Notes: generated from the letters alone by a model not told the origin. A stretch of 62,613 nt of DNA, filler included, from Bonamia ostreae (GCA_040357525.1; 34 parts of 34 records of this genome joined end to end with filler, not necessarily neighbours in it); one strand, 5' to 3'. Positions 25,542 through 38,421 are shown, counted from the whole stretch's first letter. Translations and numbers: made by a program.

Positions 25542-26058
25542 CATGTATGTCGGTATGTTGGTGGTATCCTCTCTAGTGGAAAATGGATTTTTTATTTAAT
25601 AATTTCTGTTAATGGTATTGAATCACTTTGGAGGAGTTCATAATTTCATTAGTGATACAATCCCATGCACTTGAGCCCTGGTTCTAGTGTTTTATGTATG
25701 AGAAGATTATTTAAGATTATGATTTGATTATAATTTGTCCTATCTCTTGGTTTCTTGGAAGTAATAACTGTTTGTATTTCTGATTTCTATTTACCTTTGT
25801 GCTTTAAGTTTTTAAGGACTTTTAATGTTTTAAGGCTATATTGCCGTTNNNNNNNNNNNNNNNNNNNNNNNNNNNNNNNNNNNNNNNNNNNNTTAATTAA
25901 TTAANNNNNNNNNNNNNNNNNNNNNNNNNNNNNNNNNNNNNNNNNNNNGTTTTTTAAATACTGTCGATTTGCTTGTATTCATAAAAGGTATCATCGCGCA
26001 AAGTCAATTAGCGCTTCGAGATTTTTTTAATTTGAATTTCGGGGCTCATCTTCTCGCG

Positions 26059-26198
26059 CAGACATTAAAGGCACTAAGTTTTAGCGCAACTTGGTCAAAT
26101 AAGGAGTTCTGATAAACCTGCATTTTCAATCTTGACATCAGTTTGGAAACGACAACACCGAGATTCGAACCCACGCATTAACGAACACATTTGTTCGA
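26059..26198 (-). ncRNA. tRNA-derived Pol III element (SINE-like), copy 2, lacking a clear A box
   Basis: B box GGTTCGAATC. Shares identical 25-nt and 15-nt blocks with 45315-45479. Confidence 0.6.
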
Positions 26199-26249
26199 TA
26201 AGAACATTTTGTTCGAACAAACAAAAAAAATTAAGTGGGCACAAAATTT

Positions 26250-27395
26250 TTACACTCTCTTTTTCAACATGGCCACATTTTCAACCGGCGGCGGCGGCGG
26301 AATTTGCTCGAACGCTTTCACGGGCATTTTGACTGTCGGGCGAAGCTCAATCCCATTGCTCGCAAAAAACGAAATAAAATATTTTGCGTCATAATTCGAC
26401 AAAGTCGTTTTCGGCGGTGATATTGATGGCGGCGGCGGCACATCCGAAGAATGTGCTTCCAAATGACTCTTCAGATCTTCTAAAGACGCGTTCGAATGCC
26501 CACAAATAAAACAGATGCACCGGTGCTGATCCGAGAAATGCTTTTGCATGTGGTCGACCCACAAAACTTTGTTTGTAAAACTTCTTTCGCACTGCTCGCA
26601 CGGATAAACTATTTTTTCGACCGAGTTGAGCGAATTTTCTATTTTAAACGCCATTTCCGAAATAACCTTCGGAAAACTTGTGTACTTCGGGTCAAAATGG
26701 CTTTTGGCTCTGTGGACCGCCAAATTTGCGCTCGACCTTTTTTCGCAAGAGACATTACATTAAAACCTAAAATAGACGTCGCAGACGTCACAGCGGTAAT
26801 TGCTTCCGCTCAAATGCCCTTTTTGGTGATTCCTCAAATTCCGTCTGCTGACAAAGCCGCGCTCGCAAATGTCGCACAAGAACGGGCTGCGCTTGGAATG
26901 GACGACGCGATGTCCGCTGAGCGACTTTTTGGAGCGGAATATTTTCCCGCACGTCTCGCAGCGGCAGATCGGTTTCTCATGGAGGGGGATGTGTACTTGC
27001 ATGTGTTCTCGGAGAGTGGTGGAGCGCGCGAACCGCGAGTCGCATTTGTGGCATTTGTAGCGCTTGTTTCCGGTGTGCGTGTGCAGATGGCTGACCAGAT
27101 TCCACTGGAGCGCAAAGCTCCGCTGACAGAGATGACATTGGAAAGGCTTTTCGCCGGTGTGAGTGGGCTCGTGTGCTCGGAAAGAGCTTCTGTGCTGAAA
27201 CGCTCTTCCGCAGACTTTGCAGACGAAGAGGTTTTTGGGCGACGTTGTTTTCTTCGATACGATAAGCGCGGAAGAGTTGCCAGAAAGAGGTGGATGGCCA
27301 ATCGGGAAGAAATGTGCTGTTTTCCGCGGTTGTGAGAGGTTGTTGGTTTGTTTTTGGAGTGGTATCAATTGTTGTGGTATCAACTCGATCGTCTA
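26250..27395 (-). CDS. Multi-C2H2 zinc-finger protein (5' end uncertain)
   Basis: Repeated C-x2-C...H-x3-H with a TGEKPF linker. 30-nt intron at 26737-26766. Confidence 0.92.
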
Positions 27396-27795
27396 TAAAA
27401 TTAGTTGTCAGCAAAGTTGGTATTAAAAATCACAAAAACTGCGTTATGCTGCCAACTCGCTGCAGTAAGTTGGCTACATGATGCAGTTTAAAAACATTAA
27501 CCTTTTGGCTGCTTTGCGTTTTAGCCTTAATTGCGTTTGTTTTAACTATGGCGAATTTATTTAAAATTGATCAGGCTATTTATTTGATTTAGTTTTTGCT
27601 AATTAATTGAGTTTTGTGTTTTAGTTCAGTAATGGCTTCAATGTACTAAAATTGTCTTTCATTATTTGTCGTTTACAGATTTTTTTCTGCAAAACNNNNN
27701 NNNNNNNNNNNNNNNNNNNNNNNNNNNNNNNNNNNNNNNTTAATTAATTAANNNNNNNNNNNNNNNNNNNNNNNNNNNNNNNNNNNNNNNNNNNN

Positions 27796-27916
27796 TAAAA
27801 AAAATTTTGAACCAAAAAAATCCGCGTGAACATTCCGTTCACAGAAAGTACTCGGATGAAAAGTTTAGCAAAGTTGCTTTATCCGCGGTTGCAGTCGCGA
27901 ATAAAATCGTTCTTTA
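27796..27916 (+). CDS. 3' end of an unidentified gene
   Basis: Open frame ILNQKNPREHSVHRKYSDEKFSKVALSAVAVANKIVL*, convergent with Nup54. Confidence 0.45.
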
Positions 27917-27994
27917 AATTTTGATAAATACCGTCTTTCAAATTTAAGTGGCAAATGCCGTCTTTCGACAAAATTAGGAAATTTAAAAATTTAT

Positions 27995-28910
27995 TTATTC
28001 TTCTTTTTTTGCGATTTTCAAATCCAATTCGTCCGCAATTTGATCAATATTCTGTTCGACTCTGTCCAATCTTGTTTGATAACTTTTTAACGCCTTTTGA
28101 TATTAAATTTTTGATAAAAAAATTTGGTCATTTTTAATTTTTCATTTTCAAAAATTTGATTTTGGAGATAATTAGAAACGTTGAACATTATCTCAAAATC
28201 GGTTTCATCAAATTCTTCAGATTCGTCCAAACTCTTTTGTTGGACCAGATCCTTTTTTTCAGCCATTTCCAAGTTTTCATTTAATTTATCCAATCTCTCT
28301 ATTAATCCGACGCTTTGAAGCTTTAAATTGTTCGTTCTGTTAAACAAGTTTTTCAGATCTTCTTCCGGATCAAAACCATTCAAATTCACTTTCGAATAAA
28401 GTCGTTCCTTTTGGGCAATGGCTCTAATAAGCCGGGGAGATAAGTCCGAAAAGCTGCTAATGAGTTCTTTTAATGGCGAGTCGACACTAAAAAGTTGGTT
28501 TTGTTCAAAAGCGTTAATTTCCGATTGCATTTTTAGAGCCTTTTCGGCGAAGATCTTTTTGAACGTGTTTTGCAAAGCGACGCGTTCTTTGAGAGAAGCG
28601 AAGCTGTCGATGTGAATCGCGGTTAGTCTTTTGTAGTAAAATTTTGTTTTTAGAAATTTTGTTTTTAGTCTTTAAACCTTGTGTCGTCAGGATTGGTGGA
28701 AACTCCTTCTTGCCATTTAATGACATCGGCATTCGGGGGACATAAGAATTCTTGTCCGTCCGGCGTCGGTTTGTTGTCGTACAAAACCGCCTGGAAAAGG
28801 TTGTTCGGGCTCGTCGGGTTTATCCTTCTGAAAAGATGTTTCAGCGCTGTCATAATCCCAGATAACTGGTTTTGCTCTTTGCTATACATATTATTGATTT
28901 CAGCCATCAT
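27995..28910 (-). CDS. NUP54: Nucleoporin Nup54/Nup57-like
   Basis: After splicing it reads AVLYD..PPNADVIKWQEGVSTNPDDTRLTAIHIDSFASLKERVALQ, followed by coiled coils. Confidence 0.75.
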
Positions 28911-28998
28911 TCTATTATTATAGGAAACAGATATATTTCAGTTATTTAAAGCTCAATCTAGCTTTAAATTTTTAGAACTATATGTAATTTTTATAAAA

Positions 28999-29542
28999 AT
29001 GGCAGAACAACAGATAATATTGCGATTGCCTGAAAACCTTGCAAAAAATGCACAAAAAGAATTTGCGAAAACAGAAAATCCCATTAACAAAAAAGAAACA
29101 GAAAAACCTTTTATATTAAAGTCTGAAGGCAACAAAAATAGAATTTTCAGAGTCAAATTGTGGGGCAAGTTCTACCCCGCGGTGCTCTACGATCTGCCCT
29201 GTCACATCGATTCGCAAAAAAGAGGGAAAGGCGACGTTTTTTACAAAAGCGGGGATATCAGCCAAATCCTCAAAGTTTATCCGTCCGATTGGGACGGAAA
29301 GGATTTGGAATCGGTTGACAATCGATTACAAAACAACGATTTTGGCAAAAATGGTGGGAAAAAGAGAATATCGTTCAAACTAGCGGACGGGATATCTCCT
29401 CCGACGCAATCTATTCGACATTCCTACAATTTTCCGAAGGTGTGTAACTGTGATATCCCAATAAAACATTCAGCGGAGACTGCTCCGGCACTTTGTAGTG
29501 ATTGTGGTGTGTTCTATGTTTTTATGTTGTTTTTTGCTGTTG
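28999..29542 (+). CDS. TAF7: TFIID subunit 7 (TAFII55 N domain), 3' partial
   Basis: Motifs EQQIILRLP, YPAVLYDLPCHIDSQK, FYKSGDISQIL and DGISPPTQSIR. Confidence 0.9.
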
Positions 29543-29775
29543 NNNNNNNNNNNNNNNNNNNNNNNNNNNNNNNNNNNNNNNNNNNNTTAATTAATTAANN
29601 NNNNNNNNNNNNNNNNNNNNNNNNNNNNNNNNNNNNNNNNNNTCATTTTACGTTCGAAATTTAAAATCATTAAAAATCTAAAAGAAAGAAAAATTTTAAA
29701 TTTGTAATTAAAACGCGAAAACAAAATTAGCAAAAATTTAAATTTTGGATATAAAAATCAAAATTTTGCAAAAAT

Positions 29776-31192
29776 ACATCATCTTTGAGCAAATGCAATT
29801 TGTTCTGAGCGGATTTGAACGCGTTTTCAGATTTTTCTAAAAATCTCAAAATGAAAACCCAATTTGGCTACGAGAACTTTAGATTGCTTTAAACAGATAT
29901 CAAGATCATTTTTGATATCTTCATCGCTTTTATCCAAAATTTCAATTATGCTCAATTCAAGAATTTTCTTTTCTTTGAGCAAAGCAGAAATTCGAAAATT
30001 CAATCTTTCTATTTCGTTTTGAGTTTCTTTGACCGATTCAACATTTTCTTCTAATCGCCTAAAATTTTTATAAAAATTAAAACTCCAAATTATTTTCTTC
30101 AACATTGATGTCCTTTGAGAGCTTTGAAGACGTTTCATTGAGAATAACAATTTCTTTCGTCAAGTTTTCCAAATCGTTTTTGTACTTTATTTTTTAACAA
30201 AAAACTTTTTTGTAACTTTGAAGATTGTTTTTGGCCAATAAAAGGTCTTTTTCTAGAAAGGCCGTTTTTGTTTTTAAATTCTTGCGCACTGTTTTTATTT
30301 TTTGTAGCGCTTTTGTATATTTGGTCGAAGAGAAAATGTCGTCGAATTTTAATTTTAATGATTTGGAATCGCCCATTGGCCACAACGATTCCTTTAAATA
30401 AAATTTGAAAATTTTACAAAATTAATAAACTTCTTGATGGCAAAAGATGACATTGCTTAAAATAGCTTTAGATACTTTCATAATTCGAGCTGCGATGTTA
30501 TCTATCTCCAAACATTTGTGAGTTGCGGTGACCCTTTCTCCTTCTTCGTTTATGCTTCTAATCGTCGCGTCGATTTGTTGATATCTTCTCGTTTTTGCTT
30601 TTTGCGAAACTTGAAAAGATCGGATTATTGTAACAGGTTTTCCTTTTCGAGAAATAAATTAGCAAAAAATAAGAAATCAACAAATATTTGCAAAACTTTT
30701 TACAAAACATTTAAATTTGCAACAAAACGTTAAAAATCAACAAATATTTACAAAAACTTGTACAAAACATTTAAATTTACTAAACATTTAAAACATTAAA
30801 AATCACTTAAAAACAAAAACCATCAAAAGTTTTCAATGTTAGTTTAATTTGGGCTCTTACAAGACATTCTTTTGATAACTTTTTACGTTTATGTAAATAA
30901 CTAATGGATCGTGTACGAAAGATTTCCCTTTTAGAGAATCTGGAGGATTTATCCCGGTACATGCGAAACGGAGAGCTTCAATGATCGTCTAAATTTTATT
31001 TTTATTATCAATTTTAAAAATTCGGTCAAAATATTATTTTTTTGTCAAATTTTACGAATAAAATAAAACAGTTTTTCCAGACCCGTTATTACCGGTAAAA
31101 AGTGTTAATGGGCGTTGAAATTCTATTGTAACCGGTGTGTTCGGGTCGTACGACCTTATTCCTGAAATCGAAAGTTTTTTTATTGTCGTCAT
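29776..31192 (-). CDS. RAD50: DNA repair protein RAD50, N-terminal part (at least 6 introns)
   Basis: Motifs [64 protein letters not shown] and [14 protein letters not shown]. Introns include 21 nt (30185-30205), 23 nt (30879-30901) and 25 nt (30059-30083). Confidence 0.96.
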
Positions 31193-33335
31193 TTTTAGAC
31201 GCAAAAATAGAAATTTTGCTAAATTATGAATAATCACGTGTAAAAATGCTAAGTTTGCTATTTAGCTTTAAATATAAATGCGTGTTTTGTAATTTATTTC
31301 GAAAAAAACCATAAAGTATCGCGAAAAATCGCCTTTCAAATTAATAATTTTAGAAATAAAGATTTTATAATAATTTTTAATCCCGTTTTNNNNNNNNNNN
31401 NNNNNNNNNNNNNNNNNNNNNNNNNNNNNNNNNTTAATTAATTAANNNNNNNNNNNNNNNNNNNNNNNNNNNNNNNNNNNNNNNNNNNNTTTTTGCTTTT
31501 TAAAATTAATAAACCTTTTATTGATTACTTTATTATAAAAGTTGTTTGTTTTATTATTGTTATATTAGAAACGTCAACCAGAGGAATTTAACGAGAGTTG
31601 CGCCCCATGCAACTGGCCGCTATATATCTACCTTCTCGGGAGGCCCTCGTTGAGCCCCGATGGTCATGCAATTCTCAAGACAACTTAAATAATTTCCCGC
31701 AGTTAATATCTTGTCAACATTCCCTCTTCCCCAAAAATGGTATAAAGACCATAGTGGACACTAAAAAATTATGCAAATAGAAATTTACATCTATCTCCAG
31801 ATAAATATGTGGTTCACACGAATGTCTGTTTAAATAACCAGCGAAAATGTCACATAATTCTGAGAATGAAAGATACGAATTCACAAAAAGAAAGAAAAAT
31901 CCTTCGCTGAGCTGAGGCAATTCCTCAAAAGTCAAACAAGGATCCTAGAGAAAATGTTTTTAACATTAATAAACATAAAATAAATAAATCAAAAATTTTC
32001 ATAAAAATTTTAAACTAATTGAAAATATTCAAAATGTCTGCCTCATATTTGAACCCGCTAAAAATGTTTTATCTAATACAATTAAATCAGCTGTCAATGG
32101 AGAATCTCCATTTTAAAGAATCCAGAGAAGATATGCAAAAAAGCAAAAATAACAGAGTGGATTTGGCGAAAGACTTTATTAATAATTCGAACAACAGCCA
32201 TTTAAAATTTGTCATGCGCAATATGCAAAAATATATAAACCCAGAAAATTTTGTAAGACATTTGAAAATTGAGGAGTATAATTATCTAATAATCAGTCTG
32301 ACTTTAAAAAATTTACACCTATTTTCACTACTTATTTTTTGAATGTTTAATGAAAAATCGTACGAGGAATTTATTAAATAAACAAAACTTACTGTAAGTA
32401 CTTTCTCGATTTTAATACGAGTCGTACAATGTATTAAACTTCAAAAGTTTGGACATACATCCAAACTTTCTTTAAAAAATGTAAATCGCACGTTTTGCAC
32501 TAAACAACATGGAACAAAAGTCTGCTCTGAAAAAAGTAATTCAAAATACTTCTTAGCGTATAGTCAAACAGTATAAAATATTACAAAATAATGAATGGAC
32601 ATTAAAGTAAGTTATGATCAAAAAAGTATGTTCATTAAATTCGATGAAGACTTATTGTGTCAACAGTCAAAAAAAAATTTAACATTGCATGTTCGTCAAT
32701 TATAAATTTTTTCTGAGTTCTGATAAAAATTTCGGTAACAAGAACAATTGTGGAGAAACGATTGCAAATTTAGGGGATAGATGTTTAAAAAACTTCAACC
32801 GAAAACCAATGTCCTACAGCAGCGTTAGGATTATACAAATTTCAAAAAGAGTGGAATTCAATGTCTAATCAAACACGGTACCAGTATCTATGAAAGATAA
32901 AAAGATACTGCTATCAGCTTTGAAATGAATCTACACAGTGAGAAAATTTTAATACCGTGAAACGAATAAAATTATTCTTAAAAATTTTGAAAATAATTTA
33001 AAGAAAGAAAGAGAGAGTATATTATACCATGAAAAAGATCTATCAAAAAACGAATAATACGTTTACTTTGAAAAGAAAGTTACAAAAAGTATGGCACAAG
33101 AAAGACTAAGCTTTTTGCACACAAAAAGTTATTTTATAAGAAGCAAGTGTATATAGATGATGAGAAATGTATGTGGAATAACGAAAAGGGGTTTTCTAAA
33201 CAACAAATATGCTTCTAAGCAACTCAATTGATGTCNNNNNNNNNNNNNNNNNNNNNNNNNNNNNNNNNNNNNNNNNNNNTTAATTAATTAANNNNNNNNN
33301 NNNNNNNNNNNNNNNNNNNNNNNNNNNNNNNNNNN

Positions 33336-33510
33336 TTGCAAAACTGTTTTTCTGCGATTTTATAAAAACGACAACTTTTCAGCAATTTTGCAAAACTGTT
33401 TTTCTGCGATTTTATAAAAACGACAACTTTTCAGCAATTTTGTAAAACTGTTTTTCTGCGATTTTATAAAAACGACAACTTTTCAGCAATTTTGTAAAAT
33501 ATTTATTCTG
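33336..33510. repeat. Tandem repeat, 52 bp x about 3.3
   Basis: Unit TTGCAAAACTGTTTTTCTGCGATTTTATAAAAACGACAACTTTTCAGCAATT. Confidence 0.95.
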
Positions 33511-34205
33511 CGATATTTTTATTAAAAATATTAACTGTGTAACCATTTACTCATTCGGCAACTTTCGATATGGAATAGTTTATCATCAACCCAAGTAAAA
33601 AACGACGATAAACTTGTTGAACAAACTACCATCGTGATTCAGTTCTCTCTTATTTTCTCAAAAGATCATTCAAGAGAAAAATTTTTGGGTGAGACAAATT
33701 TCATTAGAAAGGAATAAACAAAGCGATTACAAAAAATTTGCTTTTCAGCCAATCTAAATAGTGCTGAAAATCTCTGATGACAAAAAATTTGAAAAATATT
33801 TCATTAAGAAATGTTTTTTATTCTTGTTGCGTCGTATGAAAATCAAAAGCGTTAAAAAAGAGGAACAGTTGTTCCATTTCTTTTTTGTTTTTTGTTTACG
33901 AATCCAAATTTTCCGATTCCATTTATATTTTGATATAAGTATTTGTGTAGAATATTGTAATCATCATTGAATATGTACATTATTGAAATGGTTTGACGCT
34001 ATATCCATTGAACTAGCAACAAAGATTTTCAAAAAAAGATGTGGTTATTTTTCTAAAAATAACTAATTAAGATGTGGCTTGTTTCTGTGCACATTTTTGC
34101 CCCGCGCGTTTAAAAAATCCCGATATCTTTTTTATACACGGTAAAATTATATTGAGCCATTTTCTAATAAACACGCAAATATTTATTAAACAAACCATTT
34201 ACAAA

Positions 34206-34975
34206 ATGGTGTTCTGTAGACCAAGTTTCACAAAAGAGCAAAAAGAACAGATGCTCGTCTCGAAACATATTGACCTGAAAGCGGCCGCTGAATATAGACA
34301 AATAGACAACTCGGTCAAAGTTTTGTTGCTCGGGCCCGGCGAATCTGGGAAGTCGACGATTTTGAAGCAGATTCACTCGATTTTTAATAACGGATTTGAC
34401 GACGATGAGCGGAGAGGGTTTGTGCCTATCGTAAGGGAGAACCTTTTTACTGCGATCAAAGTTTGCGAATTTGACGATTTTAAAAAATTTTGTGATTTTA
34501 ATCGATAATTAATTGGTCTCAAAAATATTTAGACTTTACTTGAGATGACTGATGTCTTGGCAGAACGAGGTTTAAAGGGCACAAAAATAAGCAAAAAAAG
34601 TGAAGCGATAAAAAACGAAATTTTGAATTTTTGCAGTGTTGAAGAAGTGACGGATTGGAAAAAAGTTAATTTTGGCGTGAAATGACAATTTTACAATTAT
34701 TTATCAAATTTCTAAAAACGACTTAATTATAAAAGTTTTGTAATAAAACATCAAAATTGTGGACAGAAGAGAAAGGGCTAAAAGTTGTGTATGAGAATCG
34801 CTCGATGTACCATTTGACAGGATCTGGTGATTACTTTATAAGAAAAGCGGTATCGATAGGTAGTTCAGAATACGTGCCAACAATTTTGGATGTAATGAGT
34901 GCGAGAATTAAGACTACTGGAATATCAGAAAAATTTTTCAAAATTGGTTCGAATGGTTTCCGTGTTTTTGATGTC
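34206..34975 (+). CDS. Heterotrimeric G-protein alpha subunit (5' part)
   Basis: Motifs KVLLLGPGESGKSTILKQ, YVPTILDVMSARIKTTGI and FRVFDV. Two GTT...AG introns. Confidence 0.95.
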
Positions 34976-35387
34976 GTTTTTTTTATAATTTTTTAAAATT
35001 GGTAAAAATTGCAATTTTGTCGTTTTTAATAATTTTTTAAAATTGGTAAAAATTGCAATTTTGTCGTTTTTAATAATTGTTNNNNNNNNNNNNNNNNNNN
35101 NNNNNNNNNNNNNNNNNNNNNNNNNTTAATTAATTAANNNNNNNNNNNNNNNNNNNNNNNNNNNNNNNNNNNNNNNNNNNNTTTTATTAATTTTTCATTT
35201 TTACAATTTTTTTATAAATTGCCATTTTTCCATTTTATTAATTTTTCATTTTTACAATTTTTTAGAAATTGCCATTTTTGCATTTTATTAATTTTTAATT
35301 TTTACAATTTTTTAAAAATTGCCATTTTTGCAATTTAGCATTAAAAAATCGATTCGCAAATTTTAATAAATTGGAAATTTTGTTCAG

Positions 35388-36872
35388 AAAATATCCCGAT
35401 CGGCTTCGTGGACGCTGGAATCAATATGCCACGTAAGCAAACAGAAGATGTCGGGGCGGTTAGAGTTCTTATGCAAAATTTTCGCTCATTACTCAAACCT
35501 ATCGCACAAAGAAGATCAACGCCATTTCATCAATGTTTTTAAGTGATCTCGCCGTTTCATTTATAAAGGGCATTTGCTACGTTTTTTCGTACATCGAAGA
35601 AGAGAAGAATTTGCGTGGCGCGATTCGCTCTGTAATGAGCACTTGCTTGAATATAATGCGCAAAATGCCGGCCACCGAGGACGCCGTGGTGACAGGGATA
35701 GACGGGATCGCTCATATCGTCCAATGCTTCGATATACGACACAAACCTCTCAGTTTTATATTTTTTGAGACCACCGAATAACGGTAACAACAATAGAGCC
35801 GATTCTGAATTCCGTTGTCAGCGACATTTTGAACGACATTTGGAGCGGTTTCCTCGGAAACTTTATACTAAATCATCACGTTTTTGTTGTAACGACATTT
35901 CCAGAAAAACGACAGAATAATGGAGAGCTGCATTTCCAAATTGTGCAAGTACTTTGTAAGAAACTTTCCCGTCTGTTTCAGGGCTTCCGTCGACCGCATT
36001 TTGATCGCTTTCAAAATGGTCATGGACAAAACTTTTATTCCCTCGTTTTTAGAGTTGCGCAAAATTTTGTATTTAACAATTAAATCGCGCCAAAGCAGCA
36101 ACAATGACTTGTACATTGTAACTTGAAACAATTTAAAGAAGCTTCATTTACCTTTCGTCGATTTTCGTGGAAAAGTATGAAGACGACGAGGAACTAATCG
36201 TCAAAATATTGAACATGTTCTCCGAGTACTTTTTCGACACCGCTTCGAAAAGTTTTTAGAGCGAAGTCAAGATTTGTTCAAAAAGGATTCGTCGGCTTAT
36301 TTTTATTTGTTGGAAGACTATTTTCGAATGTGCTTCAAGTTCCTCAAAAATTCGGCCGTTGTTTTGTACCGTTCGAAGCACTTCGAAAACAGTTTTTTTC
36401 GTAAAAGCAGTTTTCGTGACCGCGATGGACGAATTGTCGATTGCGGATTATGAATCGTTTGAACTCGTCTGTGAGTTCATAAAAAGAGTTCTGATAGAAG
36501 CAAAGTCTTATGAGAAGAATAGCAGTCGAATGGAAGGGGCCGTGGCGATGAAGATTCTGCAGAAGCACTCTGCCCAACTGGTAAGCAAAGTTCTGATGTG
36601 CGTTTATTCGCAGCCGAAAAATTTCATTCCCGATTTGGCAGAAATTCTGACGGTCATTGAAAGTATGGACAAAGCAGGTACCAAAGAAGTTATGAGATTG
36701 ACCGTCAATTCCAAGTTTTAAAAGCAACATGAGAAGACTGGGGAAGATTAGAAGTGAAATAAGAGAAAATTTTTTGAACGATTTTTCGAGTGCCTTTTCG
36801 ATCGAAGACAAAACTGACGTTTTGATTACTTTTCATGGAATGTGTCAATTGCATTATATTAAAAACAATTGA
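35388..36872 (+). CDS. TNPO3: Transportin-3/Mtr10-like importin-beta family protein, C-terminal part
   Basis: Spliced translation SFIYLSSIFVEKY...LEDYFRMCFKFLKNSAVVLYRS..IFVTAM...VCEFIK tracks TNPO3 as recalled. Introns of 34, 25, 28, 20, 19 and 19/22 nt, plus one of 17/44 nt. Confidence 0.75.
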
Positions 36873-37298
36873 TTTTTTGTTCAATAATGACTTATTTTTG
36901 AAATAAATTTTATCTTCTAATGGANNNNNNNNNNNNNNNNNNNNNNNNNNNNNNNNNNNNNNNNNNNNTTAATTAATTAANNNNNNNNNNNNNNNNNNNN
37001 NNNNNNNNNNNNNNNNNNNNNNNNTTTTTCAAATTGTTGTTACCAATTCTTTCGGTGTCATCATCCTCAACATTTTGTTTTAATGTAGCAATCGAAGTAA
37101 CACAAAAGAACAATACAAAAAAAGATATTTTGATCATTTCGGTTTTAATTTTTTGGCTTTATTTTTTAATGTTAATTTTACGTCGCTGAATATTCAACAA
37201 AATATTCATTGACGAAAATTAAAATATTTGCAAAAAAAGTATTTTTATTACGAAATTCAACTTTTGTAAAAATATTGAAGTAAAAAATCAACAAAAAT

Positions 37299-38421
37299 TT
37301 ATTTTTGAATAATCAATCCATTCAGAAAATCAAATCGGTTACCATCCGGCATCAAAGTACTAAATTCCCCCAAATCGTCAACAACTTTCAAATAGCCAAA
37401 TTCGTCGATCCCTTTAATCACAAAATCTCGATTTCGAACATTTACTTTTTGATCGCTGTGCATCCAAAACTGATAATATTTTTTCAAAAAATAGCCGCAA
37501 AAGCCATTTTCTTCAAATTTTTCAAAATTTGAAGAAAAAATTGTTAAAAAATCAAATAAAATGTCTTCCGCCAAATGTTTTGGTAATTTTGCACTTGTTG
37601 ATATTTCCGATAAACATGTTGTTGGCGACTTGTTATATACATTTAACCCAATTCCTATAGTAATTTAATGTTCATATTCAATAATTTCCAAAAATGAATT
37701 TGATGTACATATTCAAAATTAGAAAAAAAACCGCAAACATATTCGTTATGTTTTCCAGGAACTCTGTTACAAAGAACTCCCCCGATTTTAATTTTTTTGT
37801 CAAAATAAATATCGTTTGGCCATTTTATATAAATATTCTTTTTTTGTAAAATTTTAAAACTTTAAAATTGTCCGTTTTTTTAATTGCGTTAAGCAACATT
37901 AATGTCACAAAGTATTGAAGGAAATGAATATTATTTTTGTTTATAATTATTTTGAAAGAAAACATCAAACAACCTTCGGGGGATTCCCAAACATTATTTT
38001 TACGCCCTTTTTTTAAAATTTACAAAACGGAGAAAAATTGTAAAATTTACAAAATTTTTTTAAAATTTTTTTAAAGGAGATAAATTATTTAGTCAAACCA
38101 ACTCCGTTTATTTGTTTATGAGCAATAAAAACGCTGCCATCCGGCAACCAGCTCAATTGACTAAATTTTACAGAAAATTAAAAACTTTGCCAATAAAGTT
38201 TGCGTTGAAGTTATTAAATCCGAATGCAAAAAATGGCGGAAAAGTTTATTTTTCGAAAATTTTGTAAAAAAATAGTCAAAATCAAAATTTCGTTTTTGGA
38301 TGATTTGCAGAAAATCGGCCATTTTGAAAAAAGGATTTATTTTAATATTTTCAAATTTTAATTTGTTCTCTTTTATATTTTTGCATTCACCAGAAAACAG
38401 TGCATTTATTTCAAACGACAT
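37299..38421 (-). CDS. Biotin--protein ligase (holocarboxylase synthetase)
   Basis: Motifs TSTQTLL, QINGVGRKNNVWESPEGCLMFSF, IKWPNDIY, KIGGVL, GIGLNV and LMPDGNRFDFLNGLI. Introns at 37838-37860 (23 nt) and 38161-38185 (25 nt). Confidence 0.95.

Noticed and set aside
26496-27335. 279-aa plus-strand ORF
   Set aside because: Antisense shadow of the GC-rich zinc-finger gene.
27820-27910. U4-like hairpins and an Sm-like T-run on the minus strand
   Set aside because: No K-turn is present, and the plus strand gives a clean terminal coding frame.
31860-31901. Possible GA-AG non-canonical intron in an unknown minus-strand gene
   Set aside because: It is in frame and stop-free with no recognisable homologue to anchor it, so it is unsupported without transcripts.
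35753-35769. 17-nt intron (and 16-nt or 8-nt options at 36392 and 36252)
   Set aside because: Same-phase downstream acceptors (44, 19 and 20 nt) fit the acceptor pattern or homologue spacing better. Sizes under 19 nt cannot be claimed without cDNA.
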